DNA from: an uncultured Anaerolineales bacterium | GTDB lineage: Bacteria > Chloroflexota > Anaerolineae > Epilineales > Epilineaceae | Direction: 5' to 3' | NCBI GenBank assembly: GCA_964549495.1 | Contig: CAZJWJ010000005.1 | Span: 2,071-66,070 of the forward strand | DNA length: 64,000 nucleotides | Shown here: positions 40,939 through 51,767 of the stretch, piece by piece | Numbering within the stretch: the first letter of the stretch is position 1 | How the letters are laid out: each line of letters starts with the position of its first letter | Made by a program: the position numbers and the translations under genes | Notes under the pieces: model-generated | Seen by the model: the letters and a program-made list of their open reading frames with translations, nothing else | The model's database searches: none | What the model was told of the DNA's origin: nothing

Positions 40939-41508
40939 ATGGAGTCTCCAGCGATGACGGATCCCCCGACCGAAGCCGGACCGGACGCGCGCCCAGAGGC
41001 GGGTTGGCTCGAGCGTCATGGCTCGAGCATCGTGCTGGCCGTGGCCTGGACGGCCATGCTCGGCAGCCTCTACTTCAGCGAGGTGCTGCATTACCTGCCC
41101 TGCCGGCTGTGCTGGTTCCAGCGCATCCTGATGTACCCGATCGCCCTGATCGCGCTGGTCGGCATCTTGCGCAACGACCGCGGGGCTCCGCTATACGTCT
41201 TGCCGCTCTCCCTGCTCGGCATTCTGGTCTCCAGCTATCACATCTTGATTCAAAACGGCTTCCTCTCGGAGTCCACCGCCTGCCAGGCCGGTGTGCCCTG
41301 CGCCGGGCGCTACATCAACTGGCTCGGTTTCGTCACCATCCCCGTGCTGGCGCTGACCGCATTCCTGCTGATCAGCTTCGCCGGGTCGGCGGCCCTGCGG
41401 GCGCCTGGGCTCGACCATCCGCGCTCGGAGCGCTTGCGCCGCGTCGGCCTGATCATCGGCATCATCGTCACCTTCTTCGCCCTGCTCTGGCTGCGCGCGA
41501 CAGCCTGA
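40939..41508 (+). CDS. disulfide-bond oxidoreductase DsbB/BdbC family
   Basis: 4-TM protein with Cys pairs in periplasmic loops (LPCRLCWFQRI; ACQAGVPC), as in Bacillus BdbC-type DsbB. Confidence 0.7.
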   Translation: MESPAMTDPPTEAGPDARPEAGWLERHGSSIVLAVAWTAMLGSLYFSEVLHYLPCRLCWFQRILMYPIALIALVGILRNDRGAPLYVLPLSLLGILVSSYHILIQNGFLSESTACQAGVPCAGRYINWLGFVTIPVLALTAFLLISFAGSAALRAPGLDHPRSERLRRVGLIIGIIVTFFALLWLRATA

Positions 41509-41584
41509 GCGCCCACGGCGCCGATTCCGCGCGATTCCCGACCGGACGATCCCCCCGAACCCGCACCCAGGAGATCTGCTTTCC

Positions 41585-42058
41585 ATGACCGACGCGCTCT
41601 ATTCTTTCGGCCTCGTCGCACATTCCCTGATGCGCTGGGCCGTCGTCATCTTCCTCGCCCTGGCCCTGTTCTCGGCGCTGCGCGGCTGGTTCGGGAGACG
41701 CGACTTCTCCAGCCTGGATGATGCCTTCGGCCGCTACCTGACCATCAGCGCCGACATCCAGCTCCTGCTCGGATTGCTGCTCTACGTCCTCAGCCCGATC
41801 GTCATCCAAGCCCGACAGGACATGGGCGCCGCGATGGAGAACCCGGCCCTGCGCTACTACTCGATGGAACACCTGGTGATGACCTTGGCGGCCATCGTCT
41901 TGATCCACATCGGACGCGCGCGCAGCCGTCGGGCCATCGACGCGGTGCTCAAGCACAAGCAGGCCGCGATCTTCTTCGGCCTGGCCGCGCTGTTGATCCT
42001 CATCGGCGTGCCCTGGCCCTTCATGCCCAATGCGCGGCCGCTGCTGCCCTCCTTCTAG
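41585..42058 (+). CDS. hypothetical integral membrane protein (4 predicted TM helices)
   Basis: Hydrophobicity pattern only; no motif recognised. Confidence 0.45.
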   Translation: MTDALYSFGLVAHSLMRWAVVIFLALALFSALRGWFGRRDFSSLDDAFGRYLTISADIQLLLGLLLYVLSPIVIQARQDMGAAMENPALRYYSMEHLVMTLAAIVLIHIGRARSRRAIDAVLKHKQAAIFFGLAALLILIGVPWPFMPNARPLLPSF

Positions 42059-42089
42059 CGAGCCGGAGACGGGGTTGCCGACATCCAGA

Positions 42090-42117
42090 GGGCCGGTGAC
42101 CGCGCGGTCACCGGCCC
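42090..42117. terminator. perfect 28-nt palindrome (12-bp GC stem, 4-nt loop) between convergent genes; candidate bidirectional terminator
   Basis: gggccggtgaccgcgcggtcaccggccc is its own reverse complement. Confidence 0.4.
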
Positions 42118-42208
42118 TCGTCACGTCCGTCGCCGATTGCCCTCATCCGGCCGAAGGCCCGCGCGATTCGCCGATGGCGGCCGCAGGGGATTCGGACCGA
42201 TGGGCAGA

Positions 42209-42373
42209 TCAGTCGGGAATCACCACCTTGGGGGCGATCCGCTGCAGCTTCTCGACCAGGCGCTCGCGCTCCTTGCGATCGCTGGACTCGGCGATGCGCG
42301 CCTTGAGCTTGGCGACCTTCTTGCTTCGCTTGCGGCGTCGGACCAGGCGTCGGTGCTTCTCGGATGCGGCCAT
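42209..42373 (-). CDS. small highly basic protein (54 aa), conserved-looking hypothetical
   Basis: MAASEKHRRLVRRRKRSKKVAKLKARIAESSDRKERERLVEKLQRIAPKVVIPD with GAGGAA RBS 6 nt upstream. Composition is unlike the GC-driven shadow ORFs. Confidence 0.4.
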   Translation of the reverse strand: MAASEKHRRLVRRRKRSKKVAKLKARIAESSDRKERERLVEKLQRIAPKVVIPD

Positions 42374-42531
42374 GCGGCGTTCCTCGGGCTCGGCGTCGGG
42401 TCCGCGCGGCCCGCACGTCGAGGCCGCGGCCACCCGCGCTTCGGATTCTGGCTCGATCCCCGGCGGGGAATCTTTGGGCAGAGTCTAGCCCAAGCCCGCG
42501 GCGCTGGCGAGTGCTGGATGGGCCCATTAGA

Positions 42532-43719
42532 ATGGACGTCATGATCGACCTATTGCGATGGTCCGGCTTCCCGCTGATCGACTTCGCCACGGCCCTGCTC
42601 CTGCTCGGTCTGGGCATGAAACTTCTCGACCTGGTCATCGACCTCATCCTGGGGCGCTTGGTTTCCTGGACCCGCCTGGAGCTCGACGACCTGGCGGTGG
42701 CGGCCCTGCACGGGCCGGCGATGGCGCTGGCGGGCCTTCTGGGCTTGGCCGGCTCGCTGCGCTTGCTGGTGGTCCCGCTGGAGATCGAGGTCGGCCGGTC
42801 GGAGCAGAAGGCCCAGCTGGCGCGTGAGGCGGCACGGGCCATCGCGGACCCCGCCGGCGGCCGGCTCCTGCGCCTGGCCAAGCTCAACCTGGCCCCGGAG
42901 CAGCTGGAGACGGCCGACCGCCTGCTCTGGACCCTGGCCTTCCTGGCGATCGCCTTGGCCGCCGGCCGTTTGGTCGGTCTGGCCGTGGAAGGCATGGGCC
43001 AGCGAGCGGACGGAGCCGGCAGCCTGGCCCGCGAGATGGGACCGCTCTTGGTCAACTTGGGCAAGGTGGCCGTGCTGCTGGCCGCGGCCGTAGGCGTGCT
43101 GTCGATCTGGGACATCTCGATCACGCCGCTCTTGGCCTCGGCCGGCGTGGTCGGTCTGGCGGTGGCCCTGGCGGCCCAGGAGTCGCTGGCCAACTTCTTC
43201 GGCGGCGTCAGCCTCTTTCTGGACCGCAGCTATCAAATCGGGGACTACATCGTGCTCGACGGAGAGGAGCGGGGCGCGGTCGAGCACCTCGGCCTGCGCT
43301 CGACCCGGCTGCGGACTCGGGACGACGTCTTGATCACCATCCCCAACAGCATCATGGCCGCCAGCAAGGTGGTCAATCAGAGCGGTCCGGGCGGACGCTT
43401 CCGGGTGCGCTTGCCGGTGGGCATCGCCTACGGCGCCGACATCGATGCGGCCGAGCGGCAGATGCTCGAGGCCGCGGCGGGAGAAGACCTGGTCCTGGAC
43501 CGCCCCGAGCCGCGCGTGCGCTTCCGGGCCTTCGGCGACTCCTCGCTGAACCTGGAGCTCCTGTGCTGGTGCGCCGATCCGGCCGAGCGCGGGCTCTTGG
43601 TGCACCGCCTCGGCAAGGACGTCTACCGGCGCTTCGAGGCCGAGGGCGTCCTCATCCCCTTCCCGCAGCTGGACGTGCACCTACACCGGGACGGATCCAA
43701 GGAGGAGCACGACGGATGA
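42532..43719 (+). CDS. mechanosensitive ion channel MscS family
   Basis: TM helices followed by the MscS signature region (LAAQESLANFFGGVSLFLDRSYQIGDYIVLDGEERGAVEHLGLRSTRLRTRDDVLITIPNS). Confidence 0.85.
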   Translation: MDVMIDLLRWSGFPLIDFATALLLLGLGMKLLDLVIDLILGRLVSWTRLELDDLAVAALHGPAMALAGLLGLAGSLRLLVVPLEIEVGRSEQKAQLAREAARAIADPAGGRLLRLAKLNLAPEQLETADRLLWTLAFLAIALAAGRLVGLAVEGMGQRADGAGSLAREMGPLLVNLGKVAVLLAAAVGVLSIWDISITPLLASAGVVGLAVALAAQESLANFFGGVSLFLDRSYQIGDYIVLDGEERGAVEHLGLRSTRLRTRDDVLITIPNSIMAASKVVNQSGPGGRFRVRLPVGIAYGADIDAAERQMLEAAAGEDLVLDRPEPRVRFRAFGDSSLNLELLCWCADPAERGLLVHRLGKDVYRRFEAEGVLIPFPQLDVHLHRDGSKEEHDG

Positions 43720-44885
43720 GCTCGCACCGCCTGGCCGCCTTCGGCACCTCGGTCTTCAGCCAGATGAGCGCCCTGGCCCGGGACCACGACGCCATCAACT
43801 TGTCCCAGGGCTTCCCCGACTTCGAAGGACCGCCCGAGCTGCTGGATCTGGCCGAAGCGGCCCTGCGCGAGGGACACAACCAGTACGCGCCCTCGACCGG
43901 TCATCCCGAGCTGGTCTCGGCCTTGGCCGAAGCCACCCGCCAGCGCTATGGGCTGGACTACGATCCGGCCGGCGAGACCAGCGTCTTCTGCGGCGCGACC
44001 GAGGCCTTGGCGGCCGCCGTCCTGGGCCTGGCCGGCCCCGGCGACGAGATCCTGCTCGTCGAGCCCTTCTACGACAGCTATCCGGCCCTGGTGGCCCTGG
44101 CCGGCGCCGAGGCCCGCTACCTGACGCTGCGCTTCCCGGACTTCGCGCTGGACCTCGAGGCCCTCGACGCGGCCATCTCGCCGCGCACGCGGGCCATCCT
44201 GCTCAACACGCCGCACAATCCGAGCGGCAAGGTCTTCGACCGGGCGGAGCTGGAGGCCCTGGCCGAGCGCTGCCGGCGCCACGACCTGATCGTGATCGCC
44301 GACGAGGTCTACGAACACCTGACCTTCGACGATGCCAGGCACCAGAGCATCGCCGAGCTGCCGGGCATGCGCCAGCGCACGCTGCGCATCTCCAGCTTCG
44401 GCAAGAGCTTCTCGATGACCGGCTGGAAGGTCGGCTGGGCCCAGGGCCCGCCCGAACTGGTGGCCGCGGCGCAGTCGGCCCACCAATTCCTGACCTTCTG
44501 CACCGCGGCGCCGATGCAGGTGGCGGCCGGCCGTGCCATCCGACACTTCGGTCAGGACTACTTCGAGACCTTGCGCCGGGACTATACCGCCCGGCGAAAG
44601 ATCTTGCTCGAAGGCCTCCAGCAAGCCGGCTTCGCCGCGGCTGCGCCCCAGGGCACCTACTTCGTCCTGGCCGACTTCTCGGCACTATGGGAGGGTGACG
44701 ACCGCAGCTTTGCCGAGCATCTGGTGCGCGAAGCGGGCGTAGCGACCATCCCGCCCAGCAGCTTCTACGCGCGGGACCGTGCCGAAGGCCAGCATCTCTT
44801 GCGCTTCGCCTTCTGCAAGCGGCGGGAGACTTTGGAGCGCGCGATGGAGCGCCTGGCCCGAAACGTGCGTGCCGGCGCGGGATGA
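43716..44885 (+). CDS. PLP-dependent aminotransferase class I/II (methionine/aspartate aminotransferase-like)
   Basis: ATG 43716 overlaps the MscS stop (ATGA); AGGAGG RBS. INLSQGFPDFEGPPEL … SFGKSFSMTGWKVGW (PLP-Lys) … NPSGKV. Confidence 0.85.
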   Translation: MSSHRLAAFGTSVFSQMSALARDHDAINLSQGFPDFEGPPELLDLAEAALREGHNQYAPSTGHPELVSALAEATRQRYGLDYDPAGETSVFCGATEALAAAVLGLAGPGDEILLVEPFYDSYPALVALAGAEARYLTLRFPDFALDLEALDAAISPRTRAILLNTPHNPSGKVFDRAELEALAERCRRHDLIVIADEVYEHLTFDDARHQSIAELPGMRQRTLRISSFGKSFSMTGWKVGWAQGPPELVAAAQSAHQFLTFCTAAPMQVAAGRAIRHFGQDYFETLRRDYTARRKILLEGLQQAGFAAAAPQGTYFVLADFSALWEGDDRSFAEHLVREAGVATIPPSSFYARDRAEGQHLLRFAFCKRRETLERAMERLARNVRAGAG

Positions 44886-46075
44886 GCTCCACGAGATCCT
44901 CCGAGGCAGCCAGCGCGTCGCGTCCGGACGAGGCTCCGGACGAGGCTCGGGCCGTGGGCGGGTTCGAATTGGATGGCGGGCTCGAAGACGTCGGCGGGCA
45001 CGAGTACGGCGGCTTCTGCGCCCGCTGTGGCCGCCGACACGCCATCGGCGCCGGCCACGGTGCCGCGCAGGAGGCGGCGGACTTGCTGGACCGGTCGCTG
45101 CAAGCGGGGCGCTTGCCGACGCCGGTCGGCAGCCCGCCAGGCCCCTCCATCAGCCCGCGATTCGAGGCCTCGGGCGGCCAGATGATCGGGGTCTTGGTGG
45201 CCCGCGCCCCCGACGGGCAGCAGCATCTGCTGCGCGCCTTCTCCGGCCGTTGGGACGGAAGAGCGCGGGTCCCGGGCTGGGCGCCCCCGCTGGTCTTCCC
45301 CGATGGCGACCCCGACTGGTGGATCGAGGGCACGCGCGCGCTGGACGCCCTGGGGGAGGCCATCGAGACCGAGCGTTCGGCCGTCGCCGACTTGCGCGAG
45401 ACCCTGCATGGCGCCCTTCGAAGCCAGCGGCAGGCCTTCGATCGGGATCTGGAGCAGCGCCTGGCAGCTCGCCGAGCGGCACGACGGGCGCGCGCCCGGG
45501 CTCGGTCCGTGCTGCAGGATGGCCGCCTCGATCCCGCGACCGATCCTCGGAATGCCGCCGCGCTGGAAGGCTTGGATGCCGAAAGCCGTCGCGAGAAGGC
45601 CGACATCGCCCGCTTTCGCCGGCGACATCGCCAGGCGCGCTCGGCGCTGCAGGCCGAACTGGCCGCGCTCGAGGCGCCGGCCAGAGATCTCTCGCGCCAG
45701 CGGCGGGACCTGTCGCGCCGGCTCATGCGCCGCATCCACGCGGCCTACCGGATCGTGGACCGTGCCGGGCGCGAGCATCGCTTGCAGTGCGCACATCTGG
45801 AGCCGGACCGCATGCCCGGCGGGGTGGGCGACTGCTGCGCGCCCCGGCTGCTGGCCTGGGCCTCGCGCCAGGGTCTCGAGCCCTTGGGCATGGCCGAGAT
45901 CTGGATCGGTGCACCGCCAACCTCCGGAGTCCGGCAGCAGGGCCGGATCTACGGCGCCTGCGAGCGGCTCTGCCAGCCCCTGCTCGGCTTCATGCTCTGC
46001 CCGCGGCCCTTGCGTAGCTCGGAGCGGGAGCAGGGGCGCAAGCCGGAGCGCGAACTCGAGGTCGGCCCCGCGTGA
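44882..46075 (+). CDS. hypothetical protein, translationally coupled to the downstream pseudouridine synthase
   Basis: No motif recognised. Cys pair GFCARCGRRH near the N-terminus. Central Arg/Ala-rich predicted coiled coil. C-terminal Cys cluster (DCCAPRLL … GACERLCQPLLGFMLCP). ATGA overlaps at both ends. Confidence 0.45.
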   Translation: MSSTRSSEAASASRPDEAPDEARAVGGFELDGGLEDVGGHEYGGFCARCGRRHAIGAGHGAAQEAADLLDRSLQAGRLPTPVGSPPGPSISPRFEASGGQMIGVLVARAPDGQQHLLRAFSGRWDGRARVPGWAPPLVFPDGDPDWWIEGTRALDALGEAIETERSAVADLRETLHGALRSQRQAFDRDLEQRLAARRAARRARARARSVLQDGRLDPATDPRNAAALEGLDAESRREKADIARFRRRHRQARSALQAELAALEAPARDLSRQRRDLSRRLMRRIHAAYRIVDRAGREHRLQCAHLEPDRMPGGVGDCCAPRLLAWASRQGLEPLGMAEIWIGAPPTSGVRQQGRIYGACERLCQPLLGFMLCPRPLRSSEREQGRKPERELEVGPA

Positions 46076-46776
46076 GGATGGCGCTCCCGCCCATGGCGGC
46101 CGGCTTCGAGCCCCCGGATCTCCGTGGTATCCCCTTGCCCATCGTCTACCGCGACGAGGCCCTGCTGGTGGTCGACAAACCGGCCGGACTCTTGGCCGTG
46201 CCGGGGCGCGGTCCCTGGCGCCGCGACAGCGTGATCGCGCGCATCGCCGACCGCTTCCCCGACGCCGATGGACCGCTGACCGTCCACCGGCTGGACATGG
46301 ACACCTCGGGCTTGATGCTGGTGGCCCTGAATGCAGGCAGCCAGCGCGCCCTGTCGATGGCCTTCGAAGGGCGGCGCGTTGACAAGCGTTATGTCGCCTT
46401 GCTGGATGGCCGTCTCGAGGCCGAGGCCGGCTGCGTCCAGCTGGCGACGCGCTTGGATCCGGGAGATCGGCCCCGCCGGATGGTCGACCCCCGTCGGGGC
46501 AAGCTGGGGCGGACGGTCTGGCGCCGTTTGGCCCGGGAGCTCGACGCGGCTGGCCGCGACCGGACCCGCGTCGCGCTGGAGCCGATCACCGGGCGCACCC
46601 ACCAGCTGCGCATCCACGCGGCGCATCCGGCCGGGCTCGGCCGGCCCATCCTGGGCGACCGGCTCTATGGAGAAGCCGAGCGGGCGCCGCGCTTGATGCT
46701 CCACGCCTGCGCGCTGAGCTTCGAGCACCCGGTGGACGGGCGGCCGATGGAGCTGACCTCGCCGGCCCCGTTTTGA
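46072..46776 (+). CDS. RluA-family pseudouridine synthase
   Basis: LLVVDKPAGLLAVPGRG … HRLDMDTSGLMLVALN catalytic-Asp motif … GRTHQLRIH. Confidence 0.85.
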   Translation: MRMALPPMAAGFEPPDLRGIPLPIVYRDEALLVVDKPAGLLAVPGRGPWRRDSVIARIADRFPDADGPLTVHRLDMDTSGLMLVALNAGSQRALSMAFEGRRVDKRYVALLDGRLEAEAGCVQLATRLDPGDRPRRMVDPRRGKLGRTVWRRLARELDAAGRDRTRVALEPITGRTHQLRIHAAHPAGLGRPILGDRLYGEAERAPRLMLHACALSFEHPVDGRPMELTSPAPF

Positions 46777-46813
46777 TCGCGTCCGGTCCGAACCGGACCC
46801 TGGCAAGAGAGAG

Positions 46814-47617
<804 letters not shown>

Positions 47618-47650
47618 AAACGAGATGCTCTATGGCGCGGCCGACGAGGT

Positions 47651-47666
47651 CTCGGCCGAGCGGTCG
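47651..47666. terminator. short GC hairpin (6-bp stem) between convergent CN-hydrolase and argG genes
   Basis: ggccgaGCGGtcggcc. Confidence 0.25.
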
Positions 47667-47676
47667 GCCCGCGCGA

Positions 47677-48948
47677 TCAATCCCGCTTGAACTGCGAGTA
47701 GTCCGGCGCGGCGTAGCGGGTCTTGCCGCCCTCGGTCATCTCCATCAGCGCCTCCACCTTCATCTGCAAGCCGAAGAGGTTGATGAAGCCGCGGGCATCG
47801 GCCTGATCGTAGACGTCGTCCTTGCCGAAGGTGGCGAAGTCCTCGCGATAGAGGCTGCGCGGGCTGCTGCGACCGTCGACGATGATCTGGCCCTTGTAGA
47901 GCTTGAGCCGCACCCGACCGGTCACGTGACGCTGGGTCTGATCGATGAAGGCCTGCAAGCCCTCGCGCAGGGTGTGAAACCATTGGCCGAAGTAGACCAT
48001 CTCGGCGTAGCGCGAAGCCAGACGCTCCTTGAAATGCGCCGTCTCGCGATCCAGACACAGCGACTCGAGCTCGCGGTGGGCTGCATACAGGATGCTGCCG
48101 CCCGGCGTCTCGTAGACGCCGCGCGATTTCATGCCCACCAACCGGTTCTCGACGATGTCGATGCGGCCCACCCCGTGGCGGGCCCCGATCCCATTGAGCC
48201 GCTGGATCAAGGCCGCCGGCGTCAGGGCCTCGCCGGCCAGCGCAACCGGGACGCCGCGCTCGAACTCGATCTCGACCCGCTCGGGCTTGTCGGGCGCGTC
48301 CTCGGGCGACACGGTCCACTGGAACATCTCCGGATCCGGCGGCCGATTCGGGTCCTCCAACGGGCCGCCTTCGTGCGAGATATGCCAGAGGTTGCGATCG
48401 CGGCTGTAGACGGAGGCCTCGCGCTTCTCGACCGGCACGCCGTGGAGCTCGGCGTAGTCCAAGGCGTCGTCGCGCGAGCGGATCTCCCACTCGCGCCAGG
48501 GCACGATGACCTCCAGGGCCGGGTTGAGGGCCTTGTAGGTCAATTCGAATCGCACCTGGTCGTTGCCCTTGCCGGTACAGCCATGGGCCAGGGCGTCGGC
48601 GCCCACCGCCTCGGCGATGGAGACCTGCCATTTGGCGATCAGCGGCCGGGCGATGGCGGTGCCCAGCAGGTATTGGCGCTCGTAGATGGCACCCGACTGC
48701 ATCATCGGCAGCAGGAAATCGCGCGCGAACTCCTCGCGCAAGTCCTCGACGATGCAATCCACCGCGCCGCTGGCAAGGGCTTTTTGCGGCAGGGCGTCCA
48801 GCGGCTCGTCCTGGCCCAGATCGGCGCAGAAACAGACCACCTCGCATCCATAGTTCTCGCGCAGCCAGGGGACGATCACGGAAGTGTCGAGGCCTCCGGA
48901 GTAGGCCAGGACGACCTTGTTCAGCTTGCGACCTTTGGAGGCTGGCAT
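47677..48948 (-). CDS. argG: argininosuccinate synthase
   Basis: Start at internal ATG 48948 ([23 protein letters not shown]) with GAGGGAG RBS. The upstream ~490 codons of ORF 47677..50412 are a shadow of argH. Confidence 0.95.
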   Translation of the reverse strand: MPASKGRKLNKVVLAYSGGLDTSVIVPWLRENYGCEVVCFCADLGQDEPLDALPQKALASGAVDCIVEDLREEFARDFLLPMMQSGAIYERQYLLGTAIARPLIAKWQVSIAEAVGADALAHGCTGKGNDQVRFELTYKALNPALEVIVPWREWEIRSRDDALDYAELHGVPVEKREASVYSRDRNLWHISHEGGPLEDPNRPPDPEMFQWTVSPEDAPDKPERVEIEFERGVPVALAGEALTPAALIQRLNGIGARHGVGRIDIVENRLVGMKSRGVYETPGGSILYAAHRELESLCLDRETAHFKERLASRYAEMVYFGQWFHTLREGLQAFIDQTQRHVTGRVRLKLYKGQIIVDGRSSPRSLYREDFATFGKDDVYDQADARGFINLFGLQMKVEALMEMTEGGKTRYAAPDYSQFKRD

Positions 48949-50354
48949 CAACCTGCTCCCTCTCGAGATGGGTGGTCGGAGGCATCCGTCCATGGATCCT
49001 CCGCCAGGATGGCGCGCAGCTTGCCGAGCTGCTGCTCGACGCTGGCGGGGCTCCCTCCGCCGGGCGTGCAACGGCGGCGCACCGAGTCGGCCGGGTCGAT
49101 CCGCTCCAGATCGCCGGCCTCGAAGAGCGGATGGGCGGCCCGCAGCTCGTCGACCTGCAGGTCCTCCAAGCGGCGCGCCTCGGACAGCAGGCGCGCCACG
49201 ACGCCGCCGACGACGCCGTGCGCCTGCCGGAAGGGCAGACCGCGCGCCACGAGCAGCTCGGCCAGGTCCAGCGCGGTGACCCAGCTGGAGGGTGCTGGGG
49301 GATCGAAGCGCGCGCTCTCGATCATACCGCGCAGGGCCGGCAGGGCGCCGGCAAGGGCATCGTCGGCGCGAAAGACGGCGGCCTTGTCCTCTTGGAGATC
49401 CCGGTTGTAGGTCAGGGGCAGCCCCTTCTGCAGGGCCAACAGACCGGTCAGCTCGCCGATGACCGTGGCCGCCTTGCCGCGGGCCAGCTCGGCGATGTCC
49501 GGGTTCTTCTTTTGCGGCAGGGCCGAGGAGCCGGTGGCGAAGCGGTCGTCGAGCTCCAGCCAGCCGAAGGATTCGGAGGCCCAGAGGATGATCTCTTCGC
49601 CCAGTCGCGAGAGGTGGACCATGGCCTGGGCACAGCAGAAGGCGTACTCGCTGACGAAGTCGCGCGCGGCGACGGCGTCCATGGAGTTGTCGAAGATGGC
49701 CGGCAGCCCCAGGTCTTCGGCCACTGCCCAGGGATCCAGCGGCAGCGCGCTGCCCCCGGCCGCGCCGGCTCCGAGCGGCGAGACGGCGATGCGCTCCTCG
49801 ACCTGCTGGAAGCGCTGCGCATCGCGCAGCAGCATCCAGGCGTAGGCCAGCAGGTGGTGGGCCAGGGGCACCGCCTGGGCCGGCTGCAGGTGGGTCATGG
49901 CCGGTACCAGCCTGTCGCCCGCCGTCTCGGCGCGGTCGGCCAGCGTGGCCACCAAGGCCCGCAGGTCCCGAACTCGCGCTCGCGCCGACCGCCGTAAGTA
50001 GAGCCGCAGGTCCAGACACACCTGGTCGTTGCGCGAGCGACCGGTATGCAGCTTTCCGGCAAGCGCACCGACCCGCTCCCCCAGCCGGCGCTCGACCGCC
50101 GTATGCACGTCCTCGTCGTCGGGAGCGAACTCGAAGCGGTCCTGCTCGGCCTCCTCCTGGAGCCGCTGCAAGGCTGTCTCGAGGGTCGCCACCTCGTCCG
50201 CGCCGAGCAGGCCCACCCGGCCCAGCATGCGCAGATGAGCCAGCGAGCCCCGGAGATCGTCCAACAGGAGCCGGCGATCGGCCGGATCCACGGTGAAGTG
50301 CCAGAGATCTCGATCCGGCTCGGCTTCGAATCGACCAGCCCAGAGTCTCGTCAT
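48948..50354 (-). CDS. argH: argininosuccinate lyase
   Basis: [14 protein letters not shown] … fumarate-lyase signature [12 protein letters not shown]. Stop overlaps the argG start (TGATG). Confidence 0.9.
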   Translation of the reverse strand: MTRLWAGRFEAEPDRDLWHFTVDPADRRLLLDDLRGSLAHLRMLGRVGLLGADEVATLETALQRLQEEAEQDRFEFAPDDEDVHTAVERRLGERVGALAGKLHTGRSRNDQVCLDLRLYLRRSARARVRDLRALVATLADRAETAGDRLVPAMTHLQPAQAVPLAHHLLAYAWMLLRDAQRFQQVEERIAVSPLGAGAAGGSALPLDPWAVAEDLGLPAIFDNSMDAVAARDFVSEYAFCCAQAMVHLSRLGEEIILWASESFGWLELDDRFATGSSALPQKKNPDIAELARGKAATVIGELTGLLALQKGLPLTYNRDLQEDKAAVFRADDALAGALPALRGMIESARFDPPAPSSWVTALDLAELLVARGLPFRQAHGVVGGVVARLLSEARRLEDLQVDELRAAHPLFEAGDLERIDPADSVRRRCTPGGGSPASVEQQLGKLRAILAEDPWTDASDHPSREGAG

Positions 50355-51739
50355 GTGGCTTCGGCCTCCTGATCGGGGCCGGGATTATCGGCAAGGGGCG
50401 CTCGCGGGGCAAGCGAGGTCCCCCAGCTCAGGCGCAGCTCGGTGCCACCGGGGGCCGAGGCCAGCCGCAGCCCCGACTCGCTCTCCGAGACCGAGGGACC
50501 ATCCTCCGGCGCTCTGGCGCCCAGTTGCAGCCGCAGCCACGAGGCCGATGCCGGGATGGCGGATCTGGCGATCAAGGCCTCGCCCGCCGCATGGGCCAGC
50601 AAGCCCATCGTCAGCCGGGCGTTGATCTCGCCCAAGGGATGGAAGCGCAAGCGACCCGCGGCATCACGGTAGCGCCAGGCATCGACACCGAAGGGCCCGC
50701 GATAGCCCGTGCGGGCCAGGGCGCGTCCTGCCGCGTCGAAGGCTTGTTCGAGCAGCGAGGCTTCGGCCGCGGTCAGTTGGCCGACGCGGGGCGCCAGGGG
50801 GCGCTCGGGCGATGGGCCGGCCGGCCCGGAGGTCGAATCCGCCCCCAGACCGATCGGCGCGCCGGGGCTCCAATCCAGTCCGCGAAAGCGGCCGTGGGCA
50901 TCGCAGCGCAAGTGGTGCCCACCCAAACGGGCCGGCGCGCCCTCGTCGATCACGCCCACCAGGGCCCAGTCGTCTACCCGATCCATCCACGGTTCGAGGC
51001 AGAGCTGGCGATGCCGATCCAGGAGGCGCCGCGCGGCAGCCCGCTGGCCGGGTCGATGGTCGAGCTGGCCGCGGCCTCGAAGCCGATGCCGGCCCGCGGC
51101 CGACCAGGCGGCCTTGAGCACCCATGGCGCCGATTCGCCCTGCCGGTCGCGGAGCAGCTCGAGCCCCGAGTCGATCGCTTCGATGCTCTCGACCATACAC
51201 GCGCCGGGTAACGCCCATCCGGCCTCCCGCGCGATGCGCAGCGCGAAGCCCCGATGGTTCACCGCGGCGGCCCGGTCCGGCGCGCATGGCGGGAGGGCGC
51301 GCAGCCGGTCGGCCATCGGCCGGCCAAGTCGCGCCGGACTCGGGGCGGGCGCGGGGGATGATCGTGCCCGCAGGCTGGCCACGGCATCGCTCTCCCCCCA
51401 GGCCAGGATCGGAGCGAGGGCCGGCAGCGCGCTCCAGGCGCCTTCGAGCACTCTCGGTGTGGGCAGCACCGGGTCCAGGGCCAGGGCCCGGGGCTTCCAG
51501 TGGCCCGGCAGCCAGAGCGCATCCTCCTCCTCGGCGGACAGAGCGCGCATCAGGCTGCCGGCAACCGCCGCGACTTCGGTCGCCCAGCCCCCGATCGGTG
51601 GCGGCGCGTCGAGAGGCTTGCCGATCGAGGCGCGGGCCCATTCGGACTCGCAGTCGAGGTTGGCGATCAGGAGCATGTCGGGTTCCGCCGCTGTCGGTCG
51701 CGCGCCGCCCTGCCGCGCTGCCTCGAGACCGTCGGCCAA
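50351..51739 (-). CDS. hypothetical protein with ATP-grasp-like C-terminal half
   Basis: [13 protein letters not shown] (Lys of an ATP-grasp-like strand), GPFGVDAW and [10 protein letters not shown] resemble the ATP-grasp E-x-N motif. Stop overlaps the argH start (ATGA). Low-complexity N-terminus. Confidence 0.45.
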   Translation of the reverse strand: MADGLEAARQGGARPTAAEPDMLLIANLDCESEWARASIGKPLDAPPPIGGWATEVAAVAGSLMRALSAEEEDALWLPGHWKPRALALDPVLPTPRVLEGAWSALPALAPILAWGESDAVASLRARSSPAPAPSPARLGRPMADRLRALPPCAPDRAAAVNHRGFALRIAREAGWALPGACMVESIEAIDSGLELLRDRQGESAPWVLKAAWSAAGRHRLRGRGQLDHRPGQRAAARRLLDRHRQLCLEPWMDRVDDWALVGVIDEGAPARLGGHHLRCDAHGRFRGLDWSPGAPIGLGADSTSGPAGPSPERPLAPRVGQLTAAEASLLEQAFDAAGRALARTGYRGPFGVDAWRYRDAAGRLRFHPLGEINARLTMGLLAHAAGEALIARSAIPASASWLRLQLGARAPEDGPSVSESESGLRLASAPGGTELRLSWGTSLAPRAPLADNPGPDQEAEAT

Positions 51740-51767
51740 CCCGGAAAAGAGGCGACGGACTCGCGGC

